A DNA stretch of 64,000 bases from Chiloscyllium plagiosum (Eukaryota), in the NCBI RefSeq assembly GCF_004010195.1, contig NC_057718.1:55901862-55965861 (forward strand), written 5' to 3'. The notes below the pieces were generated by a model that saw only the letters and a list, made by a program, of their open reading frames with translations, was not told the origin of the DNA and made no database searches. Each line of letters opens with the position of its first letter. Positions within the stretch are counted from its first letter, which is position 1. This document shows, one piece after another, positions 11,291 through 23,704 of the stretch. Both the position numbers and the translations under genes were made by a program.

Positions 11291-12933
11291 CCTAATTTAT
11301 ACGGAAGTTTAATTTAAATGTTTCACTAAACTTCTAACACACCTGTTAGTCAGAGTTATAAACGTCTACAGTATAGGAAAAGGCCCTTCAGACTATCGAG
11401 TCTGCACAGGTCCAAACAAGCACCTAACTATTCTAATTTCTCTGTATTCATGCGTGGATAACATACTATCATTTGACCATCTTTATAAATTGGACACCCA
11501 GGATTTCTAGGGGCTGAGTTGCATTTGGAAGATAATTGCCGTAAGGAAATTGTTCGCAGAATTTTCTTGCCACTTCTCTTTTTGGCCCCAGATTTTGTTC
11601 CTAGGTTGGGTGCACAGAATCAGGAGAAATTGTGGCTTATCAAACCTGATCATTAAAAATGGCCACCTGCACTTCCCATTTTTAGCTGGGCCAAACAGTT
11701 TGGATTGGGAGTCAGGCCACTTGGCAGACTGGCAATTCGCAAGACAGGCTGAGTGGAAAGCCAGCCTGGAGGCTCAGGCAATGGATTATGAGTTTAAAAA
11801 TAAAGATTCAAATATCATCTGGTTGAAAGGGGACCTGATTGAAGCATGTAAGTTTATGATTGGTGTGGATGGGGTGGATAGGGAAGAAAAGCACAGCAGG
11901 TCAGGCAGCATCCGAGGAGCAGGAAAATCGACGTTTCGGGCTCTTCATCAGGAATATAGGCAGGAAGCCTCCGGGGTGGAGAGATATCCCTGGAGGCTTC
12001 CTATCTCTATTCCTGATGAAGGGCTTTTGCTCAAAACGTCGATTTTCCTGCTCCTTGGATGCTGCCTGACCTGCTGTGCTTTTCCAGCACCATTCTGATC
12101 TAAACTCTGGTTTCCAGCATCTGCAGTCCTCACTTTTTCCTGGATAGGGAACAGATCTGGAATGCACTGCCCAGGAGTTCAGTGTGTGGCAGGAAATGTC
12201 ACAATCTTTAAAAGGTACATGGATGAGCACTTAAAATGTCATTACATTCAAGGCTATGGGCCAAATTCTGAAGAGTGGAATTGGTGTACATAGTTCAGTG
12301 CAGACTCAATAGGCTGAAGGCCTCTTGTGTGCTTATCACCCTACAATTCTATCTTTCCTGCTCTCACCAATCATTCCCCATGCCACATTCATGCCAACCC
12401 ATATCAACCTGCACGGTCCCTCAACCCCATGCCAACCAGTGCCCTGTACCTGCCCCCACAACCCATGCCAGCGATTGCTGTTATATCAACTCCCAATGGC
12501 CCCCTTATGGCTCATGCATACAGTCATCCCCATGGCTGTTGATAGCCCTTATGCCAACTCAATGCAAACTCATATCTCTCAACTTTGTGGCTTTCTTCTC
12601 CATGTCAACTCACATTATGCAGCTTGAATGTAACTCAGGAAGTATCCTGACAGAAAAGAATGTTATAAATCTATTGATGATGTAATTATTGAAAGGAATT
12701 CTCATTCATAATTTGAGAAATCAGTCTAGAGTATAGATTGTATGATGATTTTTTGTGAACAGGTACCTTCAAATTACTAATTTTACCTTCCTAATTTATA
12801 TGGAAATTTTAATTTAAATGTTTCACTAAACTTCTAACACATCTGTTAGTCAGAGTTATAAACGTCTACAGTATAGGAAAAGGCCCTTCAGACTATCGAG
12901 TCTGCACAGGTCCAAAACAAGCACCTAACTATT
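11281..12933 (+). repeat. ~152-bp direct repeat (11281-11432 and 12780-12933)
   Basis: Near-identical copies ttttaccttcctaatttata...caagcacctaactatt with a few substitutions and indels. Confidence 0.9.
11886..12140. mobile_element. Fold-back PLE terminal-repeat insertion (family A) with two opposed hammerhead motifs
   Basis: Arms at about 11886-11976 and 11988-12084 are reverse complements. 11-bp TSD TGGATAGGGAA at 11875-11885 and 12141-12151. Confidence 0.85.
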
Positions 12934-13429
12934 TTTTTAGGAAGTTCTTTGAAACTCTTGACAGTCTAAAAGGATTTTGTTTCATTTATTCACTCATGGC
13001 ACATGAGCATTGCTGGTTGCCAGCATTTATTGTCTATTCTTACTTTCCCTTCAGAATGTGGTGAGTTGCCTTCTTGAATCTCCACAGTCCACACAGTAGG
13101 TTGATCCAGGATACTGAATGGCTTGGTGGTGTTCCCATGTATCTGCTACCCTTATCTTAGATGGAAGTGGTAAGGGGTTTGGAAGGAGCTGTTTAAAGAT
13201 CTTTGACGAATTTCTGCATGGATCTTTATAAACAGTACACCCTGCTGTTACCGAGCATCAGTGATGGAAGAAGTGAGTGCTTGTGGATGGGATGCCGGTC
13301 AAATTTCTTGAGTGTTGTTTGAGCTGACCCCATCCAGGTAAGTTTGGAGTATTTCATCACACTCCTGACTTGTACCTTGTAGCTGCTGGACAAGATTTGG
13401 AGAGACAGGTGATGAGTTACCAAGCTAGT

Positions 13430-13945
13430 GCGGCTGCACTTGGAATAGTGTGTACAGTTCTGGTCGCCATATTTCAGGAAGGATGTGGAAGCATTGGAAA
13501 AAAGGTACAGAGGAGATTTACCAGGATGATGCCTGGTCTGGAGGGAAGGTCTTATGGGGAAAGGCTGAGAAACTTAGCCTCATTCTTTCCAGTGAGAACA
13601 GACCTAAGAGAGGATTTGATAGAAACATACAAGATGATCAAAGGATTACATAGGGTTAACAGTGAAAGTCTTTTTCCTAGGATGATGGCGTCAGCTTGTA
13701 TAAAGGGGAATAACTACAAATTGAGAGGTGATAGATTTAAGACAGATGTCAGAAGTAGGTTCTTTACTCAGAGGTAAGGGCGTGGAATGCCCTACCTGCC
13801 AATGTAGTTAACTCAGCCACATTAGAGAAATTTAAACAATCCTTGGATAAGCACATGGATGATGATTGGATAGTGTAGGGGATGAGCTGAGAATAGTTCA
13901 ACATCAAGGTCTGAAGAGCCTGTTCTTTGCTGTATTGTTCTATGT
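13430..13945 (+). mobile_element. CR1 LINE 3' end
   Basis: ORF 13370..13777 has KVQRRFTRMMPGLEG, DLIETYK and FFTQR, followed by a CR1-type 3' UTR. Confidence 0.85.
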
Positions 13946-14846
13946 ACAATATTCCTAGCCTGTGACCTGCTCTTGTAGCCAGTGTTTATGTAATGACTCC
14001 AGTAAATGGTAGCCCCCAGGATGTTGATTGTGGGCACTCAGGGGAAGTTGTTAGATTGACTCTTATTTGAGATAGCCATTGACTGGCATTTGTATGGCGC
14101 GAATGTTACTTGTCATTTGTCAGCCCAAGCCTTGATATCATCCAGATCTTGTTGCATTTGAACATGGATTGTTTCAGTATCTGAGGATTTGGAAATGGTG
14201 TAGAGCATTGTGCAATTATTGATGAACATCCAAACTTTTGATCTTATGATGGTCATTGATGAAGCAGCTAAAGATTGTTGGGCCGAGGACACTACCATAA
14301 GGAACTATTGCAGAGATGTCCTGGAGCCGAGATAACTGAACTCCAACAACCGCAACCATCTTCCCAAGTACAACTCCAACCAGTGGAGAGTTTGCCCCTG
14401 ATGCCCATTGATTCCAGTTTTGCTAGGGCTCTTCGATGCCACACTTGGTCAAATGCAGCCCTGATGACAAGGGCTGTCACTCTCACCTTACCTCTGGAAT
14501 TCAGCTCTTTTGCCTGTATTGGAACCAAGGCCGTAATGAGGTCAAGAGCTGACAGAACCCCAAACTCAACGTCACTGAGCGGGTTATTGCTGAATAGGTG
14601 CTGCTTGATTGTACTGTTGATGACACCTTCCATTACTTTGCTGATGATCGAGAGTAGACTGATGGGGCAGTAATTGTCCAGGTTGAATTTGACCTTGCTT
14701 TTGTACAGGACACACATTTTCACATTGTTGAGCAGATGGCAATGTTGTAACTGCACTGGAACGGCTTGGCCAGGGGAGTGGTAAATTCTGAAGGACAAGT
14801 TTTCGGTACTATTGTCAGAATAGCGTCAGGACCCATTGCCTTTGGA

Positions 14847-14966
14847 GCCTGCAACCATACTTGTCTAAAAAATGCCTGATCTCATCTGATCTCAGAAGCT
14901 AAGCAGACTCAGGCCTCGTTAGGACTTGGATGGGAGACCACCTGGAATAGGAGGTGCATTAGGTTT
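14847..14966 (+). pseudogene. Full-length (120 nt) degenerate 5S rRNA copy
   Basis: gcctgcaaccatac...gcctgatctcatctgatctcagaagctaagcag...gcctcgttaggacttggatgggagaccacctggaat...taggttt follows the vertebrate 5S sequence with many substitutions. Confidence 0.88.
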
Positions 14967-14973
14967 AAAAGGA

Positions 14974-15282
14974 GGCCGCATCGTGGCTCAGTGGTTAGCA
15001 CTGCTGCTTCACAGCGCCAGGTTCAATTCCACCTTCGGCTGACGGACTGTGTGAAATTTGAACATTCTCCCCACGTCTGCATGGGTTTCCTCCGGGTGCT
15101 CCAGTTTGCTCCCACAGTCACAAAGATGTGCATGTTAGGTTGATCCGCCATAGGAAATGTAGAGTTACAAGGATAGGGTAGGGAGGTAGGTCTGGGTGGG
15201 ATGCTCTTCAGAGGATTAGTGTGGACTTGATGGGCTGAATAGCCTGCTTCACACGATAGGGATTCTAATCTATTCTGTTCTA
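14974..15282 (+). mobile_element. HE1-type tRNA SINE
   Basis: gtggctcagtggttagcactgctgc...gggtttcctccgggtgctcc...gatgggctgaatagcctg, with a CR1-like tail. Confidence 0.85.
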
Positions 15283-15689
15283 TACCCAGTGTTCCAACCA
15301 TTTTTTGATATCACCTGAAGTGAACCGAATTGGCTGAATACTGGTATCGGTCATGCAGTGGACAACTGGAGGAGGTCAAGATGGATCATCCAATTGATAC
15401 TTCTGGCTGAAGATTACTGTGAATGCTTTAGCCTTATCTTTTGCACAGATGTGTTAGGCTCTTCCATCATTGAGTATGATGACATTTGTGGAGCCTTCTT
15501 CTCTAATTAGTTGCTTAATTGTCCACCATCATTCAGGGCTGGATCTGTCAGGACTGCAAAGCTTAGATCTGACCTGTTGGTTGCGGGATTGCTTAGCTCT
15601 GTCTCTCACTTGCTGCTTATGCCGTTTGGCATACAAGTAGTCCTGTTTGGTAGCTTCAGCAGGTTGACACCTCATTTTTATGTACTCTA

Positions 15690-16750
15690 GACCATTGTCA
15701 ACACCTTTACGGAGGCATATGAGAGCAGGGGTCTTATCCTGAACATTCACAAGATGAAGGTCCTCCACTAACCTGACCCGGCATAGTGGAGTGAACCCCT
15801 GATCATTAAGGTCCACTGGGAGGTCTTAAGAGAATGTTGACCACTTCCAATATCTCAGGACTGTCGTGTTGGCCAAAGCACCTATTGATGAGAGATCGAG
15901 GACCACCACCTGTGCTAGCTCAGCCTTCAGCCACCAAGGGAAAGCATGTTTGAGGACAACGACATCAGATCCAACACCAAGATCATGGTTTACAAAGCTG
16001 TGGTGGTTCCCACCTATAGGTATGGCTCTGAGACATGGACTGTCTACAGCAGATACCTCAAGGCACTGGAGCAGTATCACCAATGCTGCCTGTGCAAGAT
16101 TCTGTGAATCCGCAGTAAAAGAAAAGACATACCAACACCAGTACCCTTGCCTAGGCCAACATGCTCAGCATTGAGGCACTGACCACTCTTAATTAGTTTC
16201 AAAGGGTTGGGCACATCATCGAGGAGAAAGTGAGGTCTGCAGATGCTGGAGATCAAAGTTGAAACTTTATTTACCCTTGCCTAGGCCAACATGCTCAGCA
16301 TTGAGGCACTGACCACTCTTAATTAATTTCAAAGGGTTGGGCACATCATCCACATGCCAATCAAGAGACTCCCCAGGCAGGTGCTCTATTACCAGCTTCG
16401 AAACAGCAGACAAGCCCCAGGTAGACAGAGGAAGCACTTCAGTGCTACTCTCAAGGCCTCACTGGTGAAGTGCAGCATTACCATAGACACCTGGGAATCA
16501 CTAGCCCAAAACCATACAAGTGGAGGAGGAGTATCCGTGAAGGCATCGAGCACCACAAGACTTGTCCTCAGGACTAAGCGGAAACCAGGAGAGAAAAGCA
16601 TAAGGGGCACACTGCCACACCAAGGCCCCACCTGCTTCTTCCGGTGATGACCTGCTCTAAGTCTATCAGAGCCTGCAGAAACCACATGGTCTGTACAGCC
16701 ACCTACAGACACTTCCTGAGAGTGGAAGTAAATCATCTTCATCTGTGAAG
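15690..16750 (+). mobile_element. RTE-clade LINE 3' fragment with an internal 79-bp duplication
   Basis: Motifs ENVDHFQYL, TKIMVYKAVVVP, YGSETW and RLPRQVLY...RQAPGRQRKHF. Confidence 0.8.
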
Positions 16751-18199
16751 TGATGATAACGAATGTCGTCATTTTTAGGTGTTCCTGATGCTGCTCCTAG
16801 CTGGCCCTCCTGCACTATCCATTGAACCGAGGTTGATACCCCTGATTTGATGATAAGGGAGTTGTGCCAGGCCATGAGGTTCCAGATTGTGGTGGAGTAC
16901 AATTCTACTACCGTTGATGGACAACAAAGCCTCGTGGATGGCCAGTCTTGACTTGCTAGATATGTTCGAAGTCTGTCACATTTAGTACAGTGATAGTGCC
17001 ACACAATACACTGTTAGTTACTTCAGTTATAACAATCACTTTTGTACACTTTCAGCCAATCTTTTCTAAAGTGGACCCACTGTTCCACACGGTGGCCAAA
17101 TCATCTAGTTCAGTTCCCTTTTTAAACAAAGTTCATAGGCAAGGGCTCACAAATCTTCAAGAGAAAATTATTAATCATTTAATTCTATCTACACTCTCAT
17201 TTCATTGAATATATTCCACTTAACTACACCCACCATTAGTCCTTTCCATTTCATACCATCTTACTTTTTTCCTTTCACTATTCGTTTTCTCAAAGTGCGC
17301 CTTCTATTAATTACTATTATAACTGATACAGAAGCTCTGGAGAAACTTTACTGTCCAATTTAAAGAAAAGCATGTCTTCATAATAGCTTTAAAACAGGAA
17401 AACAAACATTATTACTATGTGGGTTCTAGCATTATCAAGCTTTGCTCGTTTGTTCTTTCTCATGAGAGTACGTACAATTTTCTCAAATGTAACTTGCTAG
17501 ATTATATTTGACTTATTCTTTTAAAATTATTCCAAATTTAAAATTAACAGCAGAGAATCAAGAATTCCTCTTACGTACAGCTGCAGAAGTGTTGGTGGGC
17601 TAACAATTAATTGACTAATAATTAAATCTATTCGCAATCTTTTTACTATTTTTGTTGATACAAATTGAAACCACTGAGGCTTTCCATTAGCTCTAATTTT
17701 AAATTTCAATATTTAAAATTTAAGTTATTTACCCGTTAAAATTAAATTGAATTTCCTATTGCATGCTTGAATTAGCAATTTATATCAAGTCATTTTATCA
17801 GACAATTTCAGTAACAATTATATCTAGGCTTTGTAATTTTAAACAGTGTTCTTATATTGAAGATTCAAGTGATCATCGTCAATTCAGGGTTCTCCTGTTT
17901 TCAAAGACTTTGTCTGCTCAAAACTTCCAGCTCCCTCCTTGTGTTTTTGAAACTTGTTTAAAATACCAAAAAAAAACTGTGGCTCTGGAAGAAACCCAGT
18001 GGGTGAATAATGTATAAATTAAGGCTTTTTAAATATTTAAGTTTAATGTAGTGTACAAATTGATGGTAAAGTTAATAACATATGTAGTAAGCAATATAAG
18101 TGAATAACGTAACTAATTAAAACTCATTAAGGATCACAGTGCAGGTGATTTGACAAGGCTGCAGCATATGAGAGCTCCTGAATACCTTTGATATCCAGG

Positions 18200-21100
18200 G
18201 CAAGCATTTCTACTGTAAGTGTTTAAAGTGAGCTGCAACAGTTAGGAGTTTCAAAGCTGCAAACTGAACTATAGATGCTGTGATGCACCAGGAAGGATGA
18301 TATTTACCTTTTAGATTAATTGTGCCAGGAGGCAATCATACTACATAGGATTCCAGTCAGGATTTGGTCAGTGGACAAGAAGTTGATAGTGCGAATGATA
18401 CAGGTAGGGGGACCCATTAATAAGAGTGTCAAGATCTGCAAATTGTTGAATAGGTTTAATGTTCTCTCAGCCTGTTTGGCTGAAAGTAGGGTCGGAGGTG
18501 CAAGTCGGGGAGATAGTGTGGGTGAGGCTGCAGGTAGATAACCAAGCTGACCATGGTGCAGTAAGCCATTCAAGTTGGAGTAGCAATGAATGGCATAGTA
18601 GGGGCTAATATAGTGAGGAGGATTGACACCTCTAGCTTCAGAAAAGTGCGCCAGTCCAGATGTTTGTGTTGTCTGTCCACCAGCTGGTTTTGAGATGTCT
18701 ACTCATCACAGGTAAGCAACTAATAGTGGGATGGGAAGGATCAGTGGTCATGGTCCACAGAGATGAACAGCATAGCTGGAAGCAGGAAAGAGATTCTGCA
18801 TAAAGAATTTGAAGAGGTGAGTACTAAATTAGAAAGCAGAACTACAAAAGTTGAAGTCTCCGGATTATTACCTGAGCTGCGTGCATTTTTTTTATTCACT
18901 CATGGGATCTGGGCGACGTTGACTTCACCAGCATTTATTGCCCATTCATAACTGACCTTGAGAAGGTGGTAGTGAGCTGTCTTGAACCGCTGCAGTGTTT
19001 TTACTGTAAGAATAGTTTGAATAGAGTACATAAAATCAGAGAGATGAACGTGTAGGCTAGTGTAGGAGAAGTGGGTTCTCTTTTGTGTGCCATTGGCACC
19101 AGAACTGAGGAAAGTGTGGTCTGTATCATTGGGATGGTCTACACATGTGCTGTGCTCGGGTGGGGGAGGGGGAACCAAACAACAGGTCAAGGGATCAATT
19201 ATGAAAAGGCATGGTGTATCAAAGAGTAGAGACAAAATAGGAGAGGAAAATACTAATGGTGACTAATCAGAGAATGGCAGGAACAACGGAGGTTAAAAAA
19301 AACTTAGGAATACACGAAAAATCAAGAGCAGATGTCACAAAAATTACAAAAAAGGAAAACAGCTAAAGCCTTTGTATATGAATGATTTGATTTGATTTAT
19401 TGTTGTCACATGTACTTAAGTACAGTTAAAAAAGTTTTGTTTTGACTGTGGCACAGGCAGATCATAACATACGAAGACATAGATCATAGGGTATTTAGAC
19501 AGAGCAAAGCATACAAGGTTACAGCCACACAGGAGGTGCACAAAAGCAGGATCAACATTAGATTTTAAATTACAGGAGGTTCATTCAGCAGTCTAATAAC
19601 AGCAAGGAAGGTTTTTGAACCTGTTGGTACGTGTTTAAGCGTCTGTATCTTCTGCCTGACAGAAGAGATGGAAGAAAGTATAACCAGAGTGGGAGGGCTC
19701 TTTGATGATGTTGGCTGCCTTTCCTTGGCAGAGAGAAGTGTAGATGGTGTCCATGGATGGGAAGTTGGCTTGCGTGATGGTCTGGGCCATCACGCAAGCC
19801 ATCTTTATGGTTTCTTACAGTCCTAGAGTACTCCAAGCCATGATGCACCCAGATGGAATGCTTTCCATGGTGCGCCTGTAAAAGTTGGTGATGGTCCTAA
19901 TGAACATACCAAATTTCCTTAGCCTTCTAAAGAAAAAGAAGAGGCCTTCTTGACCATCTCATCTACATGGGAGGACCAGGACAGATTGTTGGTTATCAGT
20001 GTGAGGAATTTGATGGTCTCCATTCTCTACAGCTCTGCTTCATTGATGTAGATAGAACAATGTCATTCTCCTTTTCTCCTGAAGTTGATAATCACTTCTT
20101 TAGTTTTACTGACATTGAAGGAGGGATTGTTACCTTTGCATCATGACATGAAGCATTCTGTCTCATCATTGTTTGATAACCAGCCTGTAAGCTGGTGTCA
20201 TCAGCACACTTGTAGATGGTGTCTGGACAAAATTTGGCCACACAATTGAGTGTATAGGAAGTACAGTATGAGACTGAGTATGTAGCCTTGCCGGACACTA
20301 GTGTTGAGGATTATCATGGAGGAGGAGCTGTGGTCTGTCTTAATTGATTGCTGTCTGTGGGTCAGCAAGCGGAGGATCCTGTTACAGAGGGCAGACCTGA
20401 AATCTAGGTCTGGGGGTCTACTGATTAGTTTGGTTGGGATTAAAGTGTTGAAGGTGGAACTGTAGTTGATAAGTAAAAGCCTGACATGGGTAACTTTAAT
20501 TTCCAGATGCTCCAGAGATGGGCTAGGGAAATAGCATCTGCCATGAACATGGTACCCTGGTAGGCAAATTGCAAGGGATTGAAGCAGGCTGGGAGGCTAG
20601 AGTTGATGTGAATCATGACTAACCTCTCAAAACACTTCATAATTATGGAGGTCAGAACCACCAGGCAGTAGCCATTGAGACATGTTACATGTGTTTTCTT
20701 TGGTGCTAGGATGATGGTGGACTTTTTGAAGCAGGCGAGGACTTCAGATTGTAGCAAGAAGAAATTGCAAATAGTCTCACCAGTTGGTCCACATAGGAAC
20801 TGAGGGCACAACTGGGAACTCCATGTGGGCCAGTCCTTTTCCTTGAGTTCACGCTCATGAAGGCTGATCTGACATCTGCAGGTGCGTCCAGATGGGGCAG
20901 GTGACACCATACCACTGGCATCCTGCTCAAACAGAGCATAAAAAACATTGAGCGCATCAGAGGGGGATGTATCTCTGTCCACTATTTTGTTCTGCTTATT
21001 TTATATCCAATTATATGTAGGCCTTGCTACAGGCAGCTGGAATCAGTGTGGTTAGTTTTGGTCTCTAACTTGATCCAACTCTAATGGCTTTGCAGAGATG

Positions 21101-22560
21101 GTATCTGAATTTCCTACAAAAGCTTAGGATTGTCCAACTTGAATTCTACGTGCCTGACCTTCAGTAGACAATAGATTTCTTGCTTCATCCAAGGTTTCTG
21201 GTTGGGGAACACAAGGATGGACGTCTTTGGTACACAGTCCTCCATGCACTTGCTAATGCACTCTGTGACGGTGGTGGTATACCTATCATGGTTGTCTGCC
21301 GAATTCTTGAATGTGATCCAGTCCACCGATTCCAAACATTGCCAGAGAAGCTGTTCCGCTGCTTCACACCAGCATTATACTCAGTGCTGGGTCCTCATGT
21401 TTCAACTTCTGCTTATAAACTAGGGGGAAGAACTTAGCGTTGTGATCTGATGTTCCAAATTGCGAATGGGATGTGGGTTGATAGGCATCTTTGGCTGTGT
21501 AGCAATGGTCAAGGATATTTGGCCCCCTAATGAGCAGGAGACATGATGGTGGTATTTTGGTAGCACCCCCTAGAGGTTGGCCTGGTTGGTTGAAGTCACT
21601 AGCCACGATGAGTAAGGCCTCAGGGAATTAAGTCTCCAATACATTTGCACATAACATTCATAGTAAAAACAAACAAGTTTATAGTTATTTACTTCAATGT
21701 GCACTATGGTCTGAAAGCTATTACACAAACGTAGCTGCAACAGGATAAGAATTGGGTCCTGAACATTAAGGGGTGAATGGCATTCAAGAAGAATGGAACC
21801 AAGGTACAGGTACAGAGGTAGCACTGTTTATCAAGGATGGCATGTGTGCGGTAATTAAAAATGACATTGATTCTTGTTCATTCTAAATCTGAGATTTTTT
21901 TAAAAATTAAGCTAAAGTATTAAGGGATATTTGCCAAAGGCAGGTATTTGGAGATAGGTCACAGATCAGCCCTGATCTCATTGAATGATAGAAAAGGCTC
22001 GAGGGCTGAATGGCCTTCTGTTCCAGTGTTCAGGAGATCAGGATGTAGAATAAGTTTGGGTGAAGAAGAAAAATAGTAGGTCAAAGTAGTCAGTAGTGGG
22101 AGTGTTCTACAGGCCCTTTAACATTAACAATGTCAGATAAAGAATGCAGAAATATTGGATGCTTGTAATAAAAAAATGTCAATAACATGGGTGAAGTAAG
22201 GTAAAAGATTGAGAAGGAGAGTCCTTTGTGATGACCTCTGCCAGTGTGGGAATTGAACCCAAACTGTTTACATCAATCTGCATCGCAGACCAATTGCTAG
22301 TGACTTAGTAGATGCTTTGGTGTAATTTTCCAAAATTCCTTCAATTCAGGAAAGACCGCATCAGATTGGAAAGTAACAAATATAACTTCTCTTTTTTCAA
22401 GAAAGGAGGGAGGCAGAAAATACAACCCTATGGGCCAGTTAGCATTATATTTGTCAAGAGGAGTGTGTTTGAATCAATTGTTGAAGAGATCATAGCCATG
22501 TAACTGGGAAAACTCAAGGTAATGAGGAAGGATCAGCATGGTTTTGTCAAAGGGAAGCTG
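18200..22560 (+). mobile_element. Old CR1 (ORF1 esterase, endonuclease and RT pieces) split by the Rex1/Babar insertion
   Basis: NRFNVL and GxxIVR-like ORF1 motifs near 18450-18620; FKKGGRQ.PYGPVS near 22400. Confidence 0.55.
19383..21625 (-). mobile_element. Rex1/Babar LINE remnant
   Basis: ORF 20440..20982 has LTSIIMKCFERLV...PLQFAY; also FPNQKPW and ADDT motifs and a (gattt)n tail. Confidence 0.85.
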
Positions 22561-23704
22561 AAAATGTGTTGCTGGAAAAGCGCAGCAGGTCAGGCAGCAT
22601 CCAAGGAGTAGGAGATGCTGTACCTTAAAAGTTTAAGACACATTTAAAGAGACACACGAACAGTAAAGGAATTGAAGGACCATGTGCAGACAGATGAGAT
22701 TAGTTTAGACTGGCATAAATGGTTGGCAATAACATGTTCTTTTTAGAATGAGTTTAGTCCTGTCCAAAATCACACATTTCATTACACAGGTGTGTGAAAA
22801 GATTTAAAACTCTCAGCTGAAAGAGTTAACTGTGCTGGTCTGAGAAGGGCCAAACACCCAGATCACATTATGTTATACTTTCCTGTGCTCTGTTCAAAAA
22901 CTGTTCAAATCTTCTGATAATCTCAAACTGGCATTTTAAATTTCTAATGTCTTGAGAGGAATAACTACGAAAAGTTCTCTAAGACCCTCTTCACAAAAAA
23001 AAGTATACTGACAAAACAATCCTCATTCCAAATTTTGAGTTCAAATTGGATGTCTTCCAAAAATGTATCTACGTTTTGAGAACAAGCTAAACCATATTAT
23101 CACATCTTTTCTATAACAGTTTAAAACAAAAACTTTTTAAACTTTTCACTGATATAATATTACAAAGTTTTGAACCTATTAATACTTGCAGATTACTGTG
23201 TTTTAGTCCTAATTTCAGTTGAACTTAATAGATGCTTTCATTGAATTTGTATGCAAACTCCATTAATACAACCCAACTTGTCCTGTTACAATACCAGAAG
23301 TCTGCAGACAAATTCATAAATTCATAGCTTTTGTTAGGAAAACACCTTCTGCTGCTAATGCCCGATTAGCTCAGTTGGCTGGATGGCTGGTTTGCAATGC
23401 AGAGTGATGCCAACAGTGTGGATTCATTTCACACTCCAGCTGAGGTTACCATGAAAGCAGAGTCTTTAGTCAATGGCAGTTCTACAAAAGTATAAAAATG
23501 TTGTAAAATTTGTTCCAAGCATTTGAGTATTGTAATCCTTGGCAAATCTTTTGGAGATAGGTTGATTTCTTAGATTATAGTTTTTCAAAGATAAATTGCT
23601 GTGATAATGCATTGATAATAGTAATTAATGTTTACAGCAGAAGTCAACATTTAGAATTCTAACTTACAATTTCCTTTAAATTTGCCTTTATTTCTTACTA
23701 TAGT

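Larger units (their letters stand above)
12985..15690 (-). mobile_element. L2/Crack-group LINE RT remnant, with nested CR1 (about 13430-13945 +) and a 5S/HE1 insert; continues at about 16760-17010
   Basis: ORF 14292..14798 has NYCPISLLSIISKVMEGVIN and AAFDQVWH; ORF 14113..14298 has MQQDLDDIKAWADK. Confidence 0.8.

Noticed and set aside
11550..12685. ORFs of 182 aa and 136 aa as novel genes
   Set aside because: They run through CR1/PLE debris or low-complexity DNA and lack recognisable domains or supportive splice structure.
14847..14966. Functional 5S rRNA gene
   Set aside because: Single copy with many substitutions, no clear T4 terminator, and embedded in a LINE remnant.
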